Of a stretch of 29,579 nt of DNA, positions 13,041 through 23,862 are shown piece by piece (position 1 is the first letter of the stretch; each line of letters starts with the position of its first letter). Source of the stretch: a virus (Duplodnaviria > Caudoviricetes). The stretch covers positions 1 through 29,579 of IMG/VR virus record IMGVR_UViG_3300033124_000357. One strand, 5' to 3'. The notes under the pieces are model-generated. The model was not told the origin of the DNA and did not search any database. It saw only the letters and a program-made list of their open reading frames with translations. Made by a program: the position numbers and the translations under genes.

Positions 13041-16000
13041 TTAAGCACCTACTGGCACTAGTGTAACAAACAAACTGGATGTTTCTGGTCCAAATGCTGT
13101 TGTAGTAAATGCTGGAAAATCAATATGAGTAGCATTGTCTACTGCATACATTAATTCCCAGTAATCTGTAGAGTTTGCACTGCTGATCATATTATCCCAG
13201 CCAGCAATGGTTAAACCATTAACAGCACCTTTGGCTTTGAAAATACCAACTCTGCCCATACTGCCTGGAATATCTGTGCCATTCTTTCTCCACCAAAAAT
13301 AAGCAAAATGTTCATCAGCAGTATCAGTATTTTGAACTTGAGCACTGAACTGTAGTTTATACATACCAGCCGCACCAGGAGTAATACGACTTGTGCTAAC
13401 AACACTGGCAATGTTAGTATAGTCTACTGTTGGTAGCGCAAACGCATAAGCAGTATTTGATGCCGCTGGCGTAACTGTGTTTAGATTCTGCCATTGTCCA
13501 TACACACGGTTGTAACTGATTTTATTACCAACTAAAGGAGTAACACCACCTATTTCATATAAGTTTACTGGTAAATTGATAGTGGCACTAGAGTCATTTA
13601 CACTTATACGATTTACTGTGCTATTAAAATTATTAAAATTAATTGTATCACTGTTAAATGCTAGACTGGTTACACTACCACTGATAACATCATAGGCATC
13701 CAATGTGCCAGTTTTAACAGAATTAAAACTAAAACTGCCACCATTAGCACCACCATACATTGTTACCGGTCCCACTGTTTGACTTGGGCTAACTGTCCAA
13801 GTGCTGCCGCTGCCGCTACCACTGATATTGGCAAGAATCTTTGTGCCTGCTGTTACACCAGTGCCATAAACTGACTGACCCACAACAGGTGCACCATTGG
13901 TTATAGTGCCAATAGTTAATGTAGTTCCACTGATACTTGATGCATTTGCAGTAAAGCCTGTCCAGTTTTCTGTGGCAAACGAACTAATAGCCGCAGTTGG
14001 ACCTCCAGGAACACCTGGATTACCAGTATAACTATTACCATTAAACTTAAACTGTCCAAGTCTATCTCCATTTTGTGTTGGTGAAAATGGTGCGGAACCT
14101 GTGGCGCTTCTTTGTGTAGTAAAATTAACAACAGCCAGTTGACTACCGCTAGTGGCTCGGTTATTAGTTATATTAAAATTCATATTACCATCAAAGAGAG
14201 GGTTTAAAGGACTTGGTTGAAAATTATATTGTCCTGACTGAAATGTCGTATTACTCAAATTCATAGTTAAAGCATTAACAGTTTGACCTGCGATACCATT
14301 TGTAGCAGCCAAAGGACTTAATCCTACTATCATACTTGTGCCAGCAGTTTGATTAGTCCAGTTTTCAGCAGCCTGGAAACGCATAAAACTACTAAGACCG
14401 CCAATACTTGATAACCAGCCATCACCACCGCCATTGATATCAGCACTGCCCACTGTTTGACTATTACTAACTGTCCAAGTGCTTCCACTACCGCTACCGC
14501 TAATATTAGCAGTAATTCTTGTTCCTGTGGTTACACCAGCACCAAATGTATAACTTGATATTAATTGACCAACAGCAGGAGTGCCGGAGACTAAAGTGCC
14601 AATAGTCAATGTAGTGCCCGTAATTGTAGAGCCAGTTGATGTAAAACCAGTGCCATCACTGACACCTGCCCAGCCATTACCAATAATTTCTATTATATTG
14701 TTACCATTGGTTAGTTGTGTTGGTGTGCTGGGATTTGTGCCACGAGCACTTTCACCAATAATACTATTTCTTGGAGCATTGGCATAGTTACGCAAAACCA
14801 TACCAGTGCGTTTACCAGTAGTAGTTGTTGATGTTGCATAATTGTCTAAACTAATACCTCTGTATGGATTTGTAATTCCTGTGTTAAACCCCCACATATC
14901 ACCTGCGGTTTGAGCCACTGCCTGACGAATAGCACCCATAACATAATTTCTGTCATTGGTTAAGTTTCCACCATTAGCAAATGTCATTACAACATTACCA
15001 GTGCCATTAGGATCTAATGTAATTGCTCCATTTGCACCTGCTGTAAATGTCATTGTGCCAGCATTTACACCAGCGGCTGTTTGTAAAATTAAGTTGCCTG
15101 TGGTAGTTGATATAGTTTGATCTGTGTCAATTCCTACAGTGACATTACCAAATGTGCCGCCTGCAAAAATAGGATTGTCTCCAGTGCCTACACTTTGTCC
15201 AATACTGATTGTTGCAGTATCTGCATCTGTGTAAGCCACTGTTACACCAGTGCCACTAGCAAACTTAACTGTGTCAGTTGTGCTATCACTGCCAACCAAG
15301 TTTAGATTTGCGCCGCCAGTTGTTGAACTAATATTCTGTGTATAAGTCGTATTTGTATCTGTAGAACTAATAGTGATTGTGTCTGCATCTGTTCTTGTAA
15401 CAGTGGTTGCACCTGAACCTAAATACGCTACACTGTCTGTGGTTGCATCACTGCCAACCAAGTTTAAGTTAGCACCACCTGTTGTGCTAGTTGCATTTTG
15501 AGTGTAAGTTGTATTTGTATCTGTTGAACTAACTGTAACTGTATTGGCATCAGTTCTTGTAACAGTGGTTGCACCGCTGCCTAATACTGCAATACTATCA
15601 GTGGTTGCATCGCTGCCAACCAAGTTTAGATTTGCACCACCTGTGGTTGATGTAGCATCTTGAGTGTATGTAGTATTTGTATCTGTTGATGTGATGGTAA
15701 CAGTATTGGCATCGGTTGAAGTAACTGTAGTTGCTCCTGAACCTAAGTATGCTACACTGTCTGTTGAACTATCACTGCCTGTTAATGTTAAATTGGCTCC
15801 GCCTGTTGTTGAGGCACTGGCAATGGTATAAGTTGTGTTTGTATCTGGAACAGTATTGGTAATAGTAATAGTATCAGCATCTGTTCTTGCTACTGTAATA
15901 CCTGTGCCGCTGGCAAACTTAACTGTGTCAACTGTGCTGTCGCTGCCAACCAAGTTTAGATTTGCGCCACCTGTAGCTGTGCTGGCATTTTGCGTATATG

Positions 16001-16379
16001 TTGTATCAGTGTTTATACTAGTATTTGTAATAACACCTGTTGAGTTGTCATAACTGATGCCAGTGCCTGCACTTAAACTTTGGCGTGCCAATGCTTGACT
16101 AAAATATTTGTTAGTGGCACCTTCGCTGATGTCATCTGTGTCTAAGACAACGATAGGACCTGTTTGTCCATTAACGCTAATAATGGTTCCAGCAACATCT
16201 TCAATAATTAAAGTGCCACTGGTTAATACTGTGATATTGTCTGTGGTGTTAGTAACATTTACGCTACTATTAGGAACTGTAACATTTATAGTTTGTCCCT
16301 CAGGTGTGGTTACTGTAATGCCACTAGTGTCTGTGACTTCAATAACACTTTGATTTGTTGTTACGAGAATATTTGACAT
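13041..16379 (-). CDS. long tail fibre / receptor-binding protein with tandem repeats and C-terminal C1q/BclA-like head
   Basis: 1112 aa, Thr/Gly/Ser-rich; 'SVNGQTG.VVLDTDDISEGATNKYF' fibre motif; five ~54-aa repeats; C-terminal 'AGMYKLQFSAQV...WWRKNGTDIPGS...DYWELMY'. Confidence 0.85.
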   Translation of the reverse strand: MSNILVTTNQSVIEVTDTSGITVTTPEGQTINVTVPNSSVNVTNTTDNITVLTSGTLIIEDVAGTIISVNGQTGPIVVLDTDDISEGATNKYFSQALARQSLSAGTGISYDNSTGVITNTSINTDTTYTQNASTATGGANLNLVGSDSTVDTVKFASGTGITVARTDADTITITNTVPDTNTTYTIASASTTGGANLTLTGSDSSTDSVAYLGSGATTVTSTDANTVTITSTDTNTTYTQDATSTTGGANLNLVGSDATTDSIAVLGSGATTVTRTDANTVTVSSTDTNTTYTQNATSTTGGANLNLVGSDATTDSVAYLGSGATTVTRTDADTITISSTDTNTTYTQNISSTTGGANLNLVGSDSTTDTVKFASGTGVTVAYTDADTATISIGQSVGTGDNPIFAGGTFGNVTVGIDTDQTISTTTGNLILQTAAGVNAGTMTFTAGANGAITLDPNGTGNVVMTFANGGNLTNDRNYVMGAIRQAVAQTAGDMWGFNTGITNPYRGISLDNYATSTTTTGKRTGMVLRNYANAPRNSIIGESARGTNPSTPTQLTNGNNIIEIIGNGWAGVSDGTGFTSTGSTITGTTLTIGTLVSGTPAVGQLISSYTFGAGVTTGTRITANISGSGSGSTWTVSNSQTVGSADINGGGDGWLSSIGGLSSFMRFQAAENWTNQTAGTSMIVGLSPLAATNGIAGQTVNALTMNLSNTTFQSGQYNFQPSPLNPLFDGNMNFNITNNRATSGSQLAVVNFTTQRSATGSAPFSPTQNGDRLGQFKFNGNSYTGNPGVPGGPTAAISSFATENWTGFTANASSISGTTLTIGTITNGAPVVGQSVYGTGVTAGTKILANISGSGSGSTWTVSPSQTVGPVTMYGGANGGSFSFNSVKTGTLDAYDVISGSVTSLAFNSDTINFNNFNSTVNRISVNDSSATINLPVNLYEIGGVTPLVGNKISYNRVYGQWQNLNTVTPAASNTAYAFALPTVDYTNIASVVSTSRITPGAAGMYKLQFSAQVQNTDTADEHFAYFWWRKNGTDIPGSMGRVGIFKAKGAVNGLTIAGWDNMISSANSTDYWELMYAVDNATHIDFPAFTTTAFGPETSSLFVTLVPVGA
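15200..16015 (-). repeat. five intragenic ~162-nt (54-aa) repeats 'DTNTTYTQ..STTGGANLNLVGSD.TTD.V...G.G.TTVTRTDA.T.TISST'
   Basis: Anchor ctgcc(aaccaagttta) recurs at 15289, 15451, 15613, 15775 (variant) and 15943 (spacings 162, 162, 162, 168). Confidence 0.9.
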
Positions 16380-16388
16380 ATATTCTCC

Positions 16389-16892
16389 TTAAGCTATTGT
16401 TAGTGCTGTAAAGCCTGCTGATAAAATAGGATTACCAATATCAACATCGGGTTCGTAGCATTGTATGAATGCCCAACGATGACTATTAGTTTGTGTTGGT
16501 GAGGTATTAGTTGTCCAACTTACACCTACAATGGTGATTGGAACATTCTTTCTTGCATCAGGAATAATTGCGCCTGTGTATAAGTTTGCTGGAATAGTAA
16601 TATTCACAGTGCCTAAGGCAGCATTTACAACATTGACTGTGGTTGAATCTACTGCTAGTTCTTGTTTAGGAAAATAACCTATGACCAAACTATTACTAAA
16701 GTTTGGCACGCCATTGCGGTCATATGTCACTGGATTTACAACTAATGTTTGACTATCCAAACCCCAGGTCCAACCTGTGATATCAGTGTTGAAGTTGTAA
16801 GCGTATGTGCGCTTGGTGCTTGGGAAGATTTGTTCTACCTGAATGTTATCTGGGCCGCCCAAATAATCTGCAAATGATAATACGCCTGACAT
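16389..16892 (-). CDS. fibre-anchoring / BppU-N-like beta-sandwich virion protein
   Basis: 167 aa between tip and fibre; 'DITGWT...VNVVNAALGTVNITIP' pattern; AGGAG SD. Confidence 0.55.
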   Translation of the reverse strand: MSGVLSFADYLGGPDNIQVEQIFPSTKRTYAYNFNTDITGWTWGLDSQTLVVNPVTYDRNGVPNFSNSLVIGYFPKQELAVDSTTVNVVNAALGTVNITIPANLYTGAIIPDARKNVPITIVGVSWTTNTSPTQTNSHRWAFIQCYEPDVDIGNPILSAGFTALTIA

Positions 16893-16940
16893 AGTTATTC
16901 TCCTGAGGAAGTAGTAAGGAATCTGCGGACTCCTTACTAT

Positions 16941-16948
16941 TATTTAGC
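16941..16948 (-). promoter_or_regulatory. late-promoter-like motif (GCTAAATA) with 5' leader hairpin
   Basis: Intergenic; followed by 9-bp inverted repeat TAGTAAGGA...TCCTTACTA (16912-16939). Confidence 0.55.
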
Positions 16949-16952
16949 CGAA

Positions 16953-17117
16953 TTAAACCTGCTGAAGTGCTGACAATAATGCTAGTCGTTGTTCTTCAGT
17001 TAATCCTGCTACTACTTCTAACATTGGATTATCAACAACTTCTACTTCTACTGTTTCACTAAAAAGTAGATTTCCATCTTTATCAAATGTTTCATTTATG
17101 TCTATTCTAAGTGCCAT
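16953..17117 (-). CDS. small acidic protein, possible fibre-assembly chaperone (54 aa, not in ORF track)
   Basis: MALRIDINETFDKDGNLLFSETVEVEVVDNPMLEVVAGLTEEQRLALLSALQQV; AAGGAG SD directly after tail-tip stop. Confidence 0.7.
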   Translation of the reverse strand: MALRIDINETFDKDGNLLFSETVEVEVVDNPMLEVVAGLTEEQRLALLSALQQV

Positions 17118-17127
17118 CTTTGTCTCC

Positions 17128-20100
17128 TTAATTTACTGTCCATTTAGCCCAGACTACACCAGGATGTCCTGCATTACCATATGCTCCATTACTCCAGTTT
17201 GCCGCGGTGGCTGGTGTTCCGCTGACATATGCTACACTACTTCTATTCATAGCATAAGTTGTTCCATCGCTGGTAGCAAAGCAATAACCATTACCAGTGA
17301 TGACTTGATTGGCTATACTTCTACATTGTAGCGTGCCGCCATAATTGCTAAATTGAACTGCCATTAGATATGAACCAGCTGGCAGACTTATGCTTAGACC
17401 TGTTATATTCTTTATACCTGTTGTTGTAATATTTGTTATTTCACCGCAGTATCCGCCGCTACGATTAGCACTGGGTTGCCATCCTGTGGTGCTAGGTGTG
17501 ACATCCACAATATAAATCATAGCATTGCAACTGGTTAATGTTGTTGCTGTTGATACTTGTAAAGCTACTTCTGTTAGTGTTATTGGTGCCGATACATAAA
17601 ATGGTTGATACCTAACCTGTTGAGCAGTTATAGTTAAACTATTACCAATACTGCCAAGAATAACACAGCCAGGTAAGGTGCTCCAAGGTTGCGCGGCTAG
17701 ACTTTCACTTTTGATTGCAGGTAGTGCTGATCCACTACCACTTGCTGTTGCCCAACTTAAAGTTCCGCTACCATTTGTTGATAATACTTGTCCACTGGTT
17801 CCATCTGCACCTGGTAATACATATCCTATATTATTACCAGTAGCAGGTGCTTGAAATTGACTATAACCACTTGTGGATCCATTTATTTTTAGTGAATTGC
17901 CCAATGTAAGATTTGGCGTGGTTGTCATTACTGTGGGGAATGTAATAGTTGGGAATCCGCCGCCACCTGTTGTAATACATTGATAGCCAACATTATTATT
18001 AATTCTATTTCCAACAAGTGTTAAATCACCTTGAATAGAAACATCATTGTCTAAAAGTTGAATAGCTATAGGATTTCCAACACCACCGCTCTTAATACTA
18101 TTATCACCGACTATGATATCACCGGCAATGGTTAAACTATTAACACCAGTGACATTATTACTGTCATCAATGATAACACCAGAATTTTGTATTAGTTTAC
18201 CAGTAGTTAAATTAAATCTTGCCACAGCATTGTCAGTGGCACTGGCTGGTCCGATAACATCACCAGCGGCAGCAGCCCAACTTAACACACCTGCTGTAGT
18301 AGATACTAATGCATATCCGTTACTAACAGGGTAAGCATCTGGTAATGTAAATTGTCTGTAAGCGCCTGGGCCTAATGAAGACGGTGATTGTAATGCAACT
18401 GCTCCACCTCCTAAACTGTTAAGAATTAAAGTTCCATCTTTAACAGTTAAATCACCTTCTATTGCCGCACTGGTTCCAATCAATGAAATTGCTGTAGTTG
18501 GACCTGAACCTGAACCGCTAGATTTAATCCCATCTCCAATAACTGTTAAATCACCGTTAATTAATAAATCACCATTGCTATACATTTTAGCTGATACATA
18601 TTCTGTTCCAGCTCTACTTAATCTAAAATCAAATCTACTATCAGCTGTTGTATCATTGTCTAATATAAGCTCTATGTCACCTGAAATAACATTTGTTGAA
18701 CTTAAAATAGATCCAGCATAGAACTGTATTCCTGTGCCAAATCCATTAGCTATAGCTACATTGGCTTCTGTTGACATCATCAGTCCAGGTGTAACTACAT
18801 TATGAACTGTTGTATGCACTAATGCATTAAGTGTCGGGACAGGTGTGGCACTATATACTCCTTGCACTATTAATTGTCCAACTGTAGCATCCCAAGTTAA
18901 AGTGCCGGGACCTGATGTTGATGTTGTATGAGGATATATACGAGTAATATCACTGAATATTATTGTTTCATCTGTGGATAAGTTTGGTTTTAATAATAAA
19001 GGTCCATTTGTTGTTGCTATTGTGTTATCTGTAAGAATGCCAATTGTTACATTACCAAAGTCTGCACCTGGACCATATATAGTTCCTGGTAAAATTGTAT
19101 CACCTATAGAATCTAATAATGTTAGTTCACGGGCAACTGTGTTTGTGCTAGGGAATGGCTGAGTTGTAACACCACCAGTATATTGACGAACATAAATTGG
19201 TTCGTCGCCATTATTACCTGAGGCAATGACCATAGCACCTGTGTTAGTAGTGCCACCGATAGCATATCCACCTACAAACCAATAATCATTACCAGCAATC
19301 TCGCCTTGAACACCTTTTGGCGTAGTTGTGCTATTATTTAATAGACCAAATTGATTAGCAAATGTCCAGTTAGTTCCGTTCCAAGTTAATGTGCTGTTTG
19401 CGCCAGCGCCTTTTGCATAAATGATAGAACTATTAGTATATTGAAGATTATTAATAGTTAAGTTACCAGCAATCTTTGTATCACTTTTACTTGTTTCTAA
19501 TGCTACATAGCTTGGCAGACCACCATCGGTAACTTCTAAACTTAGATAATAACTTTCTGCGCCTAAGGTTTTATCTTTTGTTCCTACTAATACTTCGCCG
19601 GCATTCATTTTATAATTACCAGCAGTATCTTCTACATTAAACTGCATACCTACACCAAAGCCATTGTCAATAGTGCCAGCGCCTGAATATGATTTATATA
19701 TTTGAAAAGCATTAGTATTAGCAGTAGGATTTGTGCTGTCTGAATATACAGCCAAATCTAAATGATTTCCCCATTTATTTGTGCTAGTATCATAAGTTAA
19801 TGCTTGATTGTCATAAATTGGCGGAGTTAAATCCACATCTGTTAGATCCGCCAATGATCCTGCGGCAGTTGGATTTGGATTCCAATTAATATTATTGTCT
19901 AGATCAAAAGGCGCAGTTGGACTAAACTTGCTAAAGTTTTTCTTATTACCTAATCTTGATTTTAAGAAATATCTACGATATGTTTGACTATTGGCAGGTA
20001 ATTCTACGATCCTCACAGTGACAGTTGAAGGACTAACAAATGCTGTGGCATTACCATCAGGCACAACTTTTTTCAAGAATACATAATCACTATCTATAGG

Positions 20101-22506
20101 CTGATCATATAATAATGTTGTTCCGCTTACAGGTAGTGAGCCTAAGTTTGCCACTGTGACAATATATCTACCAACGCCTCCAGCAACTTCACCACCAGTT
20201 GGTGTAAGTTGACTATCAACTATTACATCACCACTTGTAGATATACTTAAATAATCACCAGCGTTAATTTGATTGTAAGTTGCCGCTGTAACTGTGAGTA
20301 ATCCTTTGCCCACTGGAGCACCATTGCTGCCAGTGCCGGCAACAATACTACCAGTAATATTAAATGGATCCCATCCTTCTGTGTAATATATTTCTGCTTC
20401 ATCAAATGGACCGCCCGTGGCAGGAACATTAAAACTAAACAAAAAGCTAGGAACACTTGCACCAGGAGTTGGATTACTAATAATCGGAGTTACTGGTGCT
20501 GGCAATCCAACACTACTAACTAAATTACCAATCTTAATATTTGCCGCTGTGCTGAATTCTGAGATAGATTCAATAGTATAAGCATCAGCATTGTATTCTA
20601 AGGCCTGTATCTGTGCTACCAATCCACCTTCTTCAGTTTCCTGTTCTTTGACACGCATAGCCCTAAACAGTTTAGGTTCCCAACCATATAAGTCGCTGGT
20701 AACCTGTATAATATCTCCAGCCTGTGTTTGTATGCCATAGTGATTGCTGGTAAATTCAATGACCAAATCATCACGACTTTGTCTTAATTCAATTTGTCCT
20801 AGTAAATCACTTTGTATACTATTGTTACATAAATCCAAGCTCATTCTCAATGTATTATCTGGCTCATTGGGATTTAATTGTAGACTAGGCACAGTTGTTC
20901 TGTAATAAGCCTTTTGATCTTTGTTATACTTGTCGTAGAACTCTACTTCAACTTTATTGTATAAGTCTTCTAATCTAGTTGAACTAATATTGATACCTGA
21001 AATAATGTTATCATCATTGAAGGATAATGTTCCTGTTGTTGGTTGTGTTGCATACCAAGTAGTTGATGCTACTGCACCACCAGCAGTTGATGTTGTGTAT
21101 TTTCCAATTTGTCCAGAAGTATCTCCAACTGCTATCGCTTGTTGTGTTGTAACAGTTCCGCGGAATGATCCATCGCTGGTATATAAAAGTTGTCCTGGTT
21201 CTAATCTACCATTAGGAAATGATGTAACTGTTAATGTTTTATTGGCGTCATTGGCACGACTTGCTGTAAAATAAGTTGTGGCATCTCCTGGCACACCTGC
21301 TGTTACAGCTTTCTTAATCACTGGACTCCATAATCCTGTGGCAACATTATAACTCATCCAAGCACCACCATTTTGTAAAATAGTGTCTATGTTTGTTTTA
21401 ACTTGATTGCTGGTGTCTAGAATACCATTAATTTGATAACGATCTAAGACTTGATCAGCAGTGCCAGCACCACCTGCAGGATCTAAGTTTGCACTGGTAT
21501 AGTTAATGTCTTCAGCACAATAATTATACCAAGCAGTTCTTGCTGTAGAATCAATATCGGCTGCAGGTATACCTGCGCCATAACGCTTTGATGTCATATA
21601 ATCATACCAAACATCAGCAGGATTTGCTATATTGTTGGCTAGTTGGAATGTGACATTGGGTAAACTTGTGAATCCATTTTGAGCATAAGTCATTTTAACA
21701 ATGGCAAATACTAGACCCTTCATTTCATTTGCTGATGTCCAGCTGCCATCATTGTTGCCCCAGAATGTATAAGCATCAACAGTATTACCTGTTGATGGTG
21801 CAGGATAGATTTGATTGACACTACCACTACCACCAGCATAAACACGCAGTTCAACTAAACTATTATTATCAACAATAAAACCTGTATCAATGAAATCTTC
21901 TTCCTGTGCTTGTCCTGTGCCAGAGCCTACACCAGTGGCTGTAAATACTTGTCCAATATTATTTGTTTGTGCACCAATTAATGTAAAGTCAGTTGTGCCT
22001 CTTTTTGTAATAACATAAGTTTTGCCAACAACAAAGCTGCCTGCTGTGACAACTGCGCCATCAACTACTTTTCTACCATCTTTGACTTTGTGTGCGCTAG
22101 TTGTTGCATCAACTGCTGTTAGTCTAAGGTCATTCCATACAACACTTTCTATGCCATAACTAGGTGTTGTTAAGTTATTTGTATATTCACTTAACACCAA
22201 ACAATAATACATTGTATCATTGTTTGTTCCGCCAAGACTTTTTAATCTAGCATCTGTAATGATACCATTTACATATGCACTACCATAAACTACTGGTATC
22301 TTATTGTTGGTTGCTGGTGGAACCTGTATGCGTCCACCCTGTGTGGCTGCACTATTGTTGCCTTTGTTTTGATTGCCATTTATAATTCTTGATGTTATAT
22401 AAGCGGCGCCTGTGGCAACAACTGCTCCAACAACTATTGCGGCTGTGCCTACTAATCCTAATAATGTGCCTGCTACATAGGCTCCAACTGCTGTAAATGC
22501 TGGCAT
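17128..22506 (-). CDS. tail tip / host-specificity protein (lambda gpJ-like hub) with fused fibre extension
   Basis: 1792 aa; hydrophobic N-terminus, 'IPVVYGSAYVNG', 'NPADVWYDYMTSKRYGAG', 'YNKVEVEFYD', 'GDIIQVT...GW..K.FR', 'ALEYNADAY'; C-terminal fibre motifs. Confidence 0.85.
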   Translation of the reverse strand: MPAFTAVGAYVAGTLLGLVGTAAIVVGAVVATGAAYITSRIINGNQNKGNNSAATQGGRIQVPPATNNKIPVVYGSAYVNGIITDARLKSLGGTNNDTMYYCLVLSEYTNNLTTPSYGIESVVWNDLRLTAVDATTSAHKVKDGRKVVDGAVVTAGSFVVGKTYVITKRGTTDFTLIGAQTNNIGQVFTATGVGSGTGQAQEEDFIDTGFIVDNNSLVELRVYAGGSGSVNQIYPAPSTGNTVDAYTFWGNNDGSWTSANEMKGLVFAIVKMTYAQNGFTSLPNVTFQLANNIANPADVWYDYMTSKRYGAGIPAADIDSTARTAWYNYCAEDINYTSANLDPAGGAGTADQVLDRYQINGILDTSNQVKTNIDTILQNGGAWMSYNVATGLWSPVIKKAVTAGVPGDATTYFTASRANDANKTLTVTSFPNGRLEPGQLLYTSDGSFRGTVTTQQAIAVGDTSGQIGKYTTSTAGGAVASTTWYATQPTTGTLSFNDDNIISGINISSTRLEDLYNKVEVEFYDKYNKDQKAYYRTTVPSLQLNPNEPDNTLRMSLDLCNNSIQSDLLGQIELRQSRDDLVIEFTSNHYGIQTQAGDIIQVTSDLYGWEPKLFRAMRVKEQETEEGGLVAQIQALEYNADAYTIESISEFSTAANIKIGNLVSSVGLPAPVTPIISNPTPGASVPSFLFSFNVPATGGPFDEAEIYYTEGWDPFNITGSIVAGTGSNGAPVGKGLLTVTAATYNQINAGDYLSISTSGDVIVDSQLTPTGGEVAGGVGRYIVTVANLGSLPVSGTTLLYDQPIDSDYVFLKKVVPDGNATAFVSPSTVTVRIVELPANSQTYRRYFLKSRLGNKKNFSKFSPTAPFDLDNNINWNPNPTAAGSLADLTDVDLTPPIYDNQALTYDTSTNKWGNHLDLAVYSDSTNPTANTNAFQIYKSYSGAGTIDNGFGVGMQFNVEDTAGNYKMNAGEVLVGTKDKTLGAESYYLSLEVTDGGLPSYVALETSKSDTKIAGNLTINNLQYTNSSIIYAKGAGANSTLTWNGTNWTFANQFGLLNNSTTTPKGVQGEIAGNDYWFVGGYAIGGTTNTGAMVIASGNNGDEPIYVRQYTGGVTTQPFPSTNTVARELTLLDSIGDTILPGTIYGPGADFGNVTIGILTDNTIATTNGPLLLKPNLSTDETIIFSDITRIYPHTTSTSGPGTLTWDATVGQLIVQGVYSATPVPTLNALVHTTVHNVVTPGLMMSTEANVAIANGFGTGIQFYAGSILSSTNVISGDIELILDNDTTADSRFDFRLSRAGTEYVSAKMYSNGDLLINGDLTVIGDGIKSSGSGSGPTTAISLIGTSAAIEGDLTVKDGTLILNSLGGGAVALQSPSSLGPGAYRQFTLPDAYPVSNGYALVSTTAGVLSWAAAAGDVIGPASATDNAVARFNLTTGKLIQNSGVIIDDSNNVTGVNSLTIAGDIIVGDNSIKSGGVGNPIAIQLLDNDVSIQGDLTLVGNRINNNVGYQCITTGGGGFPTITFPTVMTTTPNLTLGNSLKINGSTSGYSQFQAPATGNNIGYVLPGADGTSGQVLSTNGSGTLSWATASGSGSALPAIKSESLAAQPWSTLPGCVILGSIGNSLTITAQQVRYQPFYVSAPITLTEVALQVSTATTLTSCNAMIYIVDVTPSTTGWQPSANRSGGYCGEITNITTTGIKNITGLSISLPAGSYLMAVQFSNYGGTLQCRSIANQVITGNGYCFATSDGTTYAMNRSSVAYVSGTPATAANWSNGAYGNAGHPGVVWAKWTVN

Positions 22507-22507
22507 A

Positions 22508-22957
22508 TCAATTATCCTTTAAGTAAAGTTTCTCTGTAAGCCTGAAACCACGGCGTTCTAAATCATAATCTGTGGTAGATGTCATACGGGTTGTAAAGTA
22601 TCCTTGTATTTGATCCTTGTCCAATAATAGATCACCTTGTTCGCAGAACTTAATAAACAATCTACCTGCACCTAGTGTGCCTCTGTATTCTTCTCTGACA
22701 TACCAAACCAATTCACGCAGACTTGTTTTATTTGGCATCCATACATTTTGTTCTTTGATTGCTATTAGTAATCCAACTGCTACTTGCTCATTAAAATATA
22801 ACCAAATGTATCCGTGATGTAACATTGAGAATACAAGTTTTTTAATGTGTTCTTGATTGATACCATTAGTATGATTATTGTAACTTGTAGATTGTAAAAA
22901 CTCTACTATTAAATCTGTGACAGTATTTAAGTCTGTTCTTGTTGCTAGTCTAATCAT
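22508..22957 (-). CDS. GNAT-fold acetyltransferase-like protein in tail module
   Basis: 'MIRLATRTDL', 'VGLLIA', 'ELVWYVREEYRGTLGAGRLF', 'LERRGFRLTE'. Confidence 0.8.
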   Translation of the reverse strand: MIRLATRTDLNTVTDLIVEFLQSTSYNNHTNGINQEHIKKLVFSMLHHGYIWLYFNEQVAVGLLIAIKEQNVWMPNKTSLRELVWYVREEYRGTLGAGRLFIKFCEQGDLLLDKDQIQGYFTTRMTSTTDYDLERRGFRLTEKLYLKDN

Positions 22958-23862
22958 TATGGAGCACCATACATAGTATAATCATAAGCATCAGTAACTT
23001 GTTGATTGCCTCCACCATCTACGGTGCTGGCAGCTTTGCCTGTGTAAGGTTTGCCAAAGTCAAAACTTTGATTAAACAATGCTTCAACTCTGTTCATACT
23101 TGGATCGGTGCTACTATTGCCTAATTCAGGCCAAACAATTTGATAGTCCTGTTGATTTGTTCTGCGTCCACTTACTTTGTTTTCCAATACACCCATAATA
23201 CTTGACGCAATAATGGTAATAGTATGTGTAACTCCAATATCTTGAGCAAATGTTTCTATGTCTTCTTGCACACTGAAATTACTAACTACACCAGAAAATC
23301 TTTTATAAACTTGATTGGTAATAACTTCCTGTGTATTGTAGTCAAAGAATGCACGATAAATGTTTACATCACCGCCTTTGATCTGTGTGCCCAATACTGC
23401 GGCAATGTATGTTGGAGGTATAGCACTTAGACTTACCTGCACTTCATCATTGCTGTTACTGATGTTATTTTGTATTTCACTGATTGTTAAGAAACCAGCC
23501 AATGCTTGATATGTTTTACTGTTATGCGTGACTTCTTTATAACAATTACTGATATAATAAGTTACACTGATAATACCTGCCTGTGTTTGACTGCCTGTGG
23601 CAGCACTGGCATAACTTACGCTACTTGTGGTTGCTGCCGTGACTACGAATGTTCCATTGTATGTTGCGGGTTCCATATTGCTGACTGTGATAGTATCGCC
23701 TATGGCAAATGGTGCTGTTGCCTGTGTGGCAAAAGTTATCGTAGCTGTTGATCCTGTGCCACTGGCGCCAGTTGTAGGATTAATTGCTATCAATGTTAGA
23801 TCAATTAAAACACCGTGTTCAATCTTGCGTTCTGTGTCTACTGCAGAAATAACTGTGGTCAT
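22957..23862 (-). CDS. minor tail / hub protein (gpL / DUF2163-like) with inserted beta-sandwich
   Basis: 'YQALAGFLTISEIQ', 'VSLSAIP', 'VNIYRAFFD', 'RFSG', 'GRRTN', 'D.SM.RV', 'FDFGK'; position after distal tail gene. Confidence 0.7.
   Translation of the reverse strand: MTTVISAVDTERKIEHGVLIDLTLIAINPTTGASGTGSTATITFATQATAPFAIGDTITVSNMEPATYNGTFVVTAATTSSVSYASAATGSQTQAGIISVTYYISNCYKEVTHNSKTYQALAGFLTISEIQNNISNSNDEVQVSLSAIPPTYIAAVLGTQIKGGDVNIYRAFFDYNTQEVITNQVYKRFSGVVSNFSVQEDIETFAQDIGVTHTITIIASSIMGVLENKVSGRRTNQQDYQIVWPELGNSSTDPSMNRVEALFNQSFDFGKPYTGKAASTVDGGGNQQVTDAYDYTMYGAP

Noticed and set aside
13041-22506. Diversity-generating retroelement or invertible fibre cassette
   Set aside because: No reverse transcriptase or invertase gene; I saw no adenine-specific TR/VR pair or inverted gene copies.
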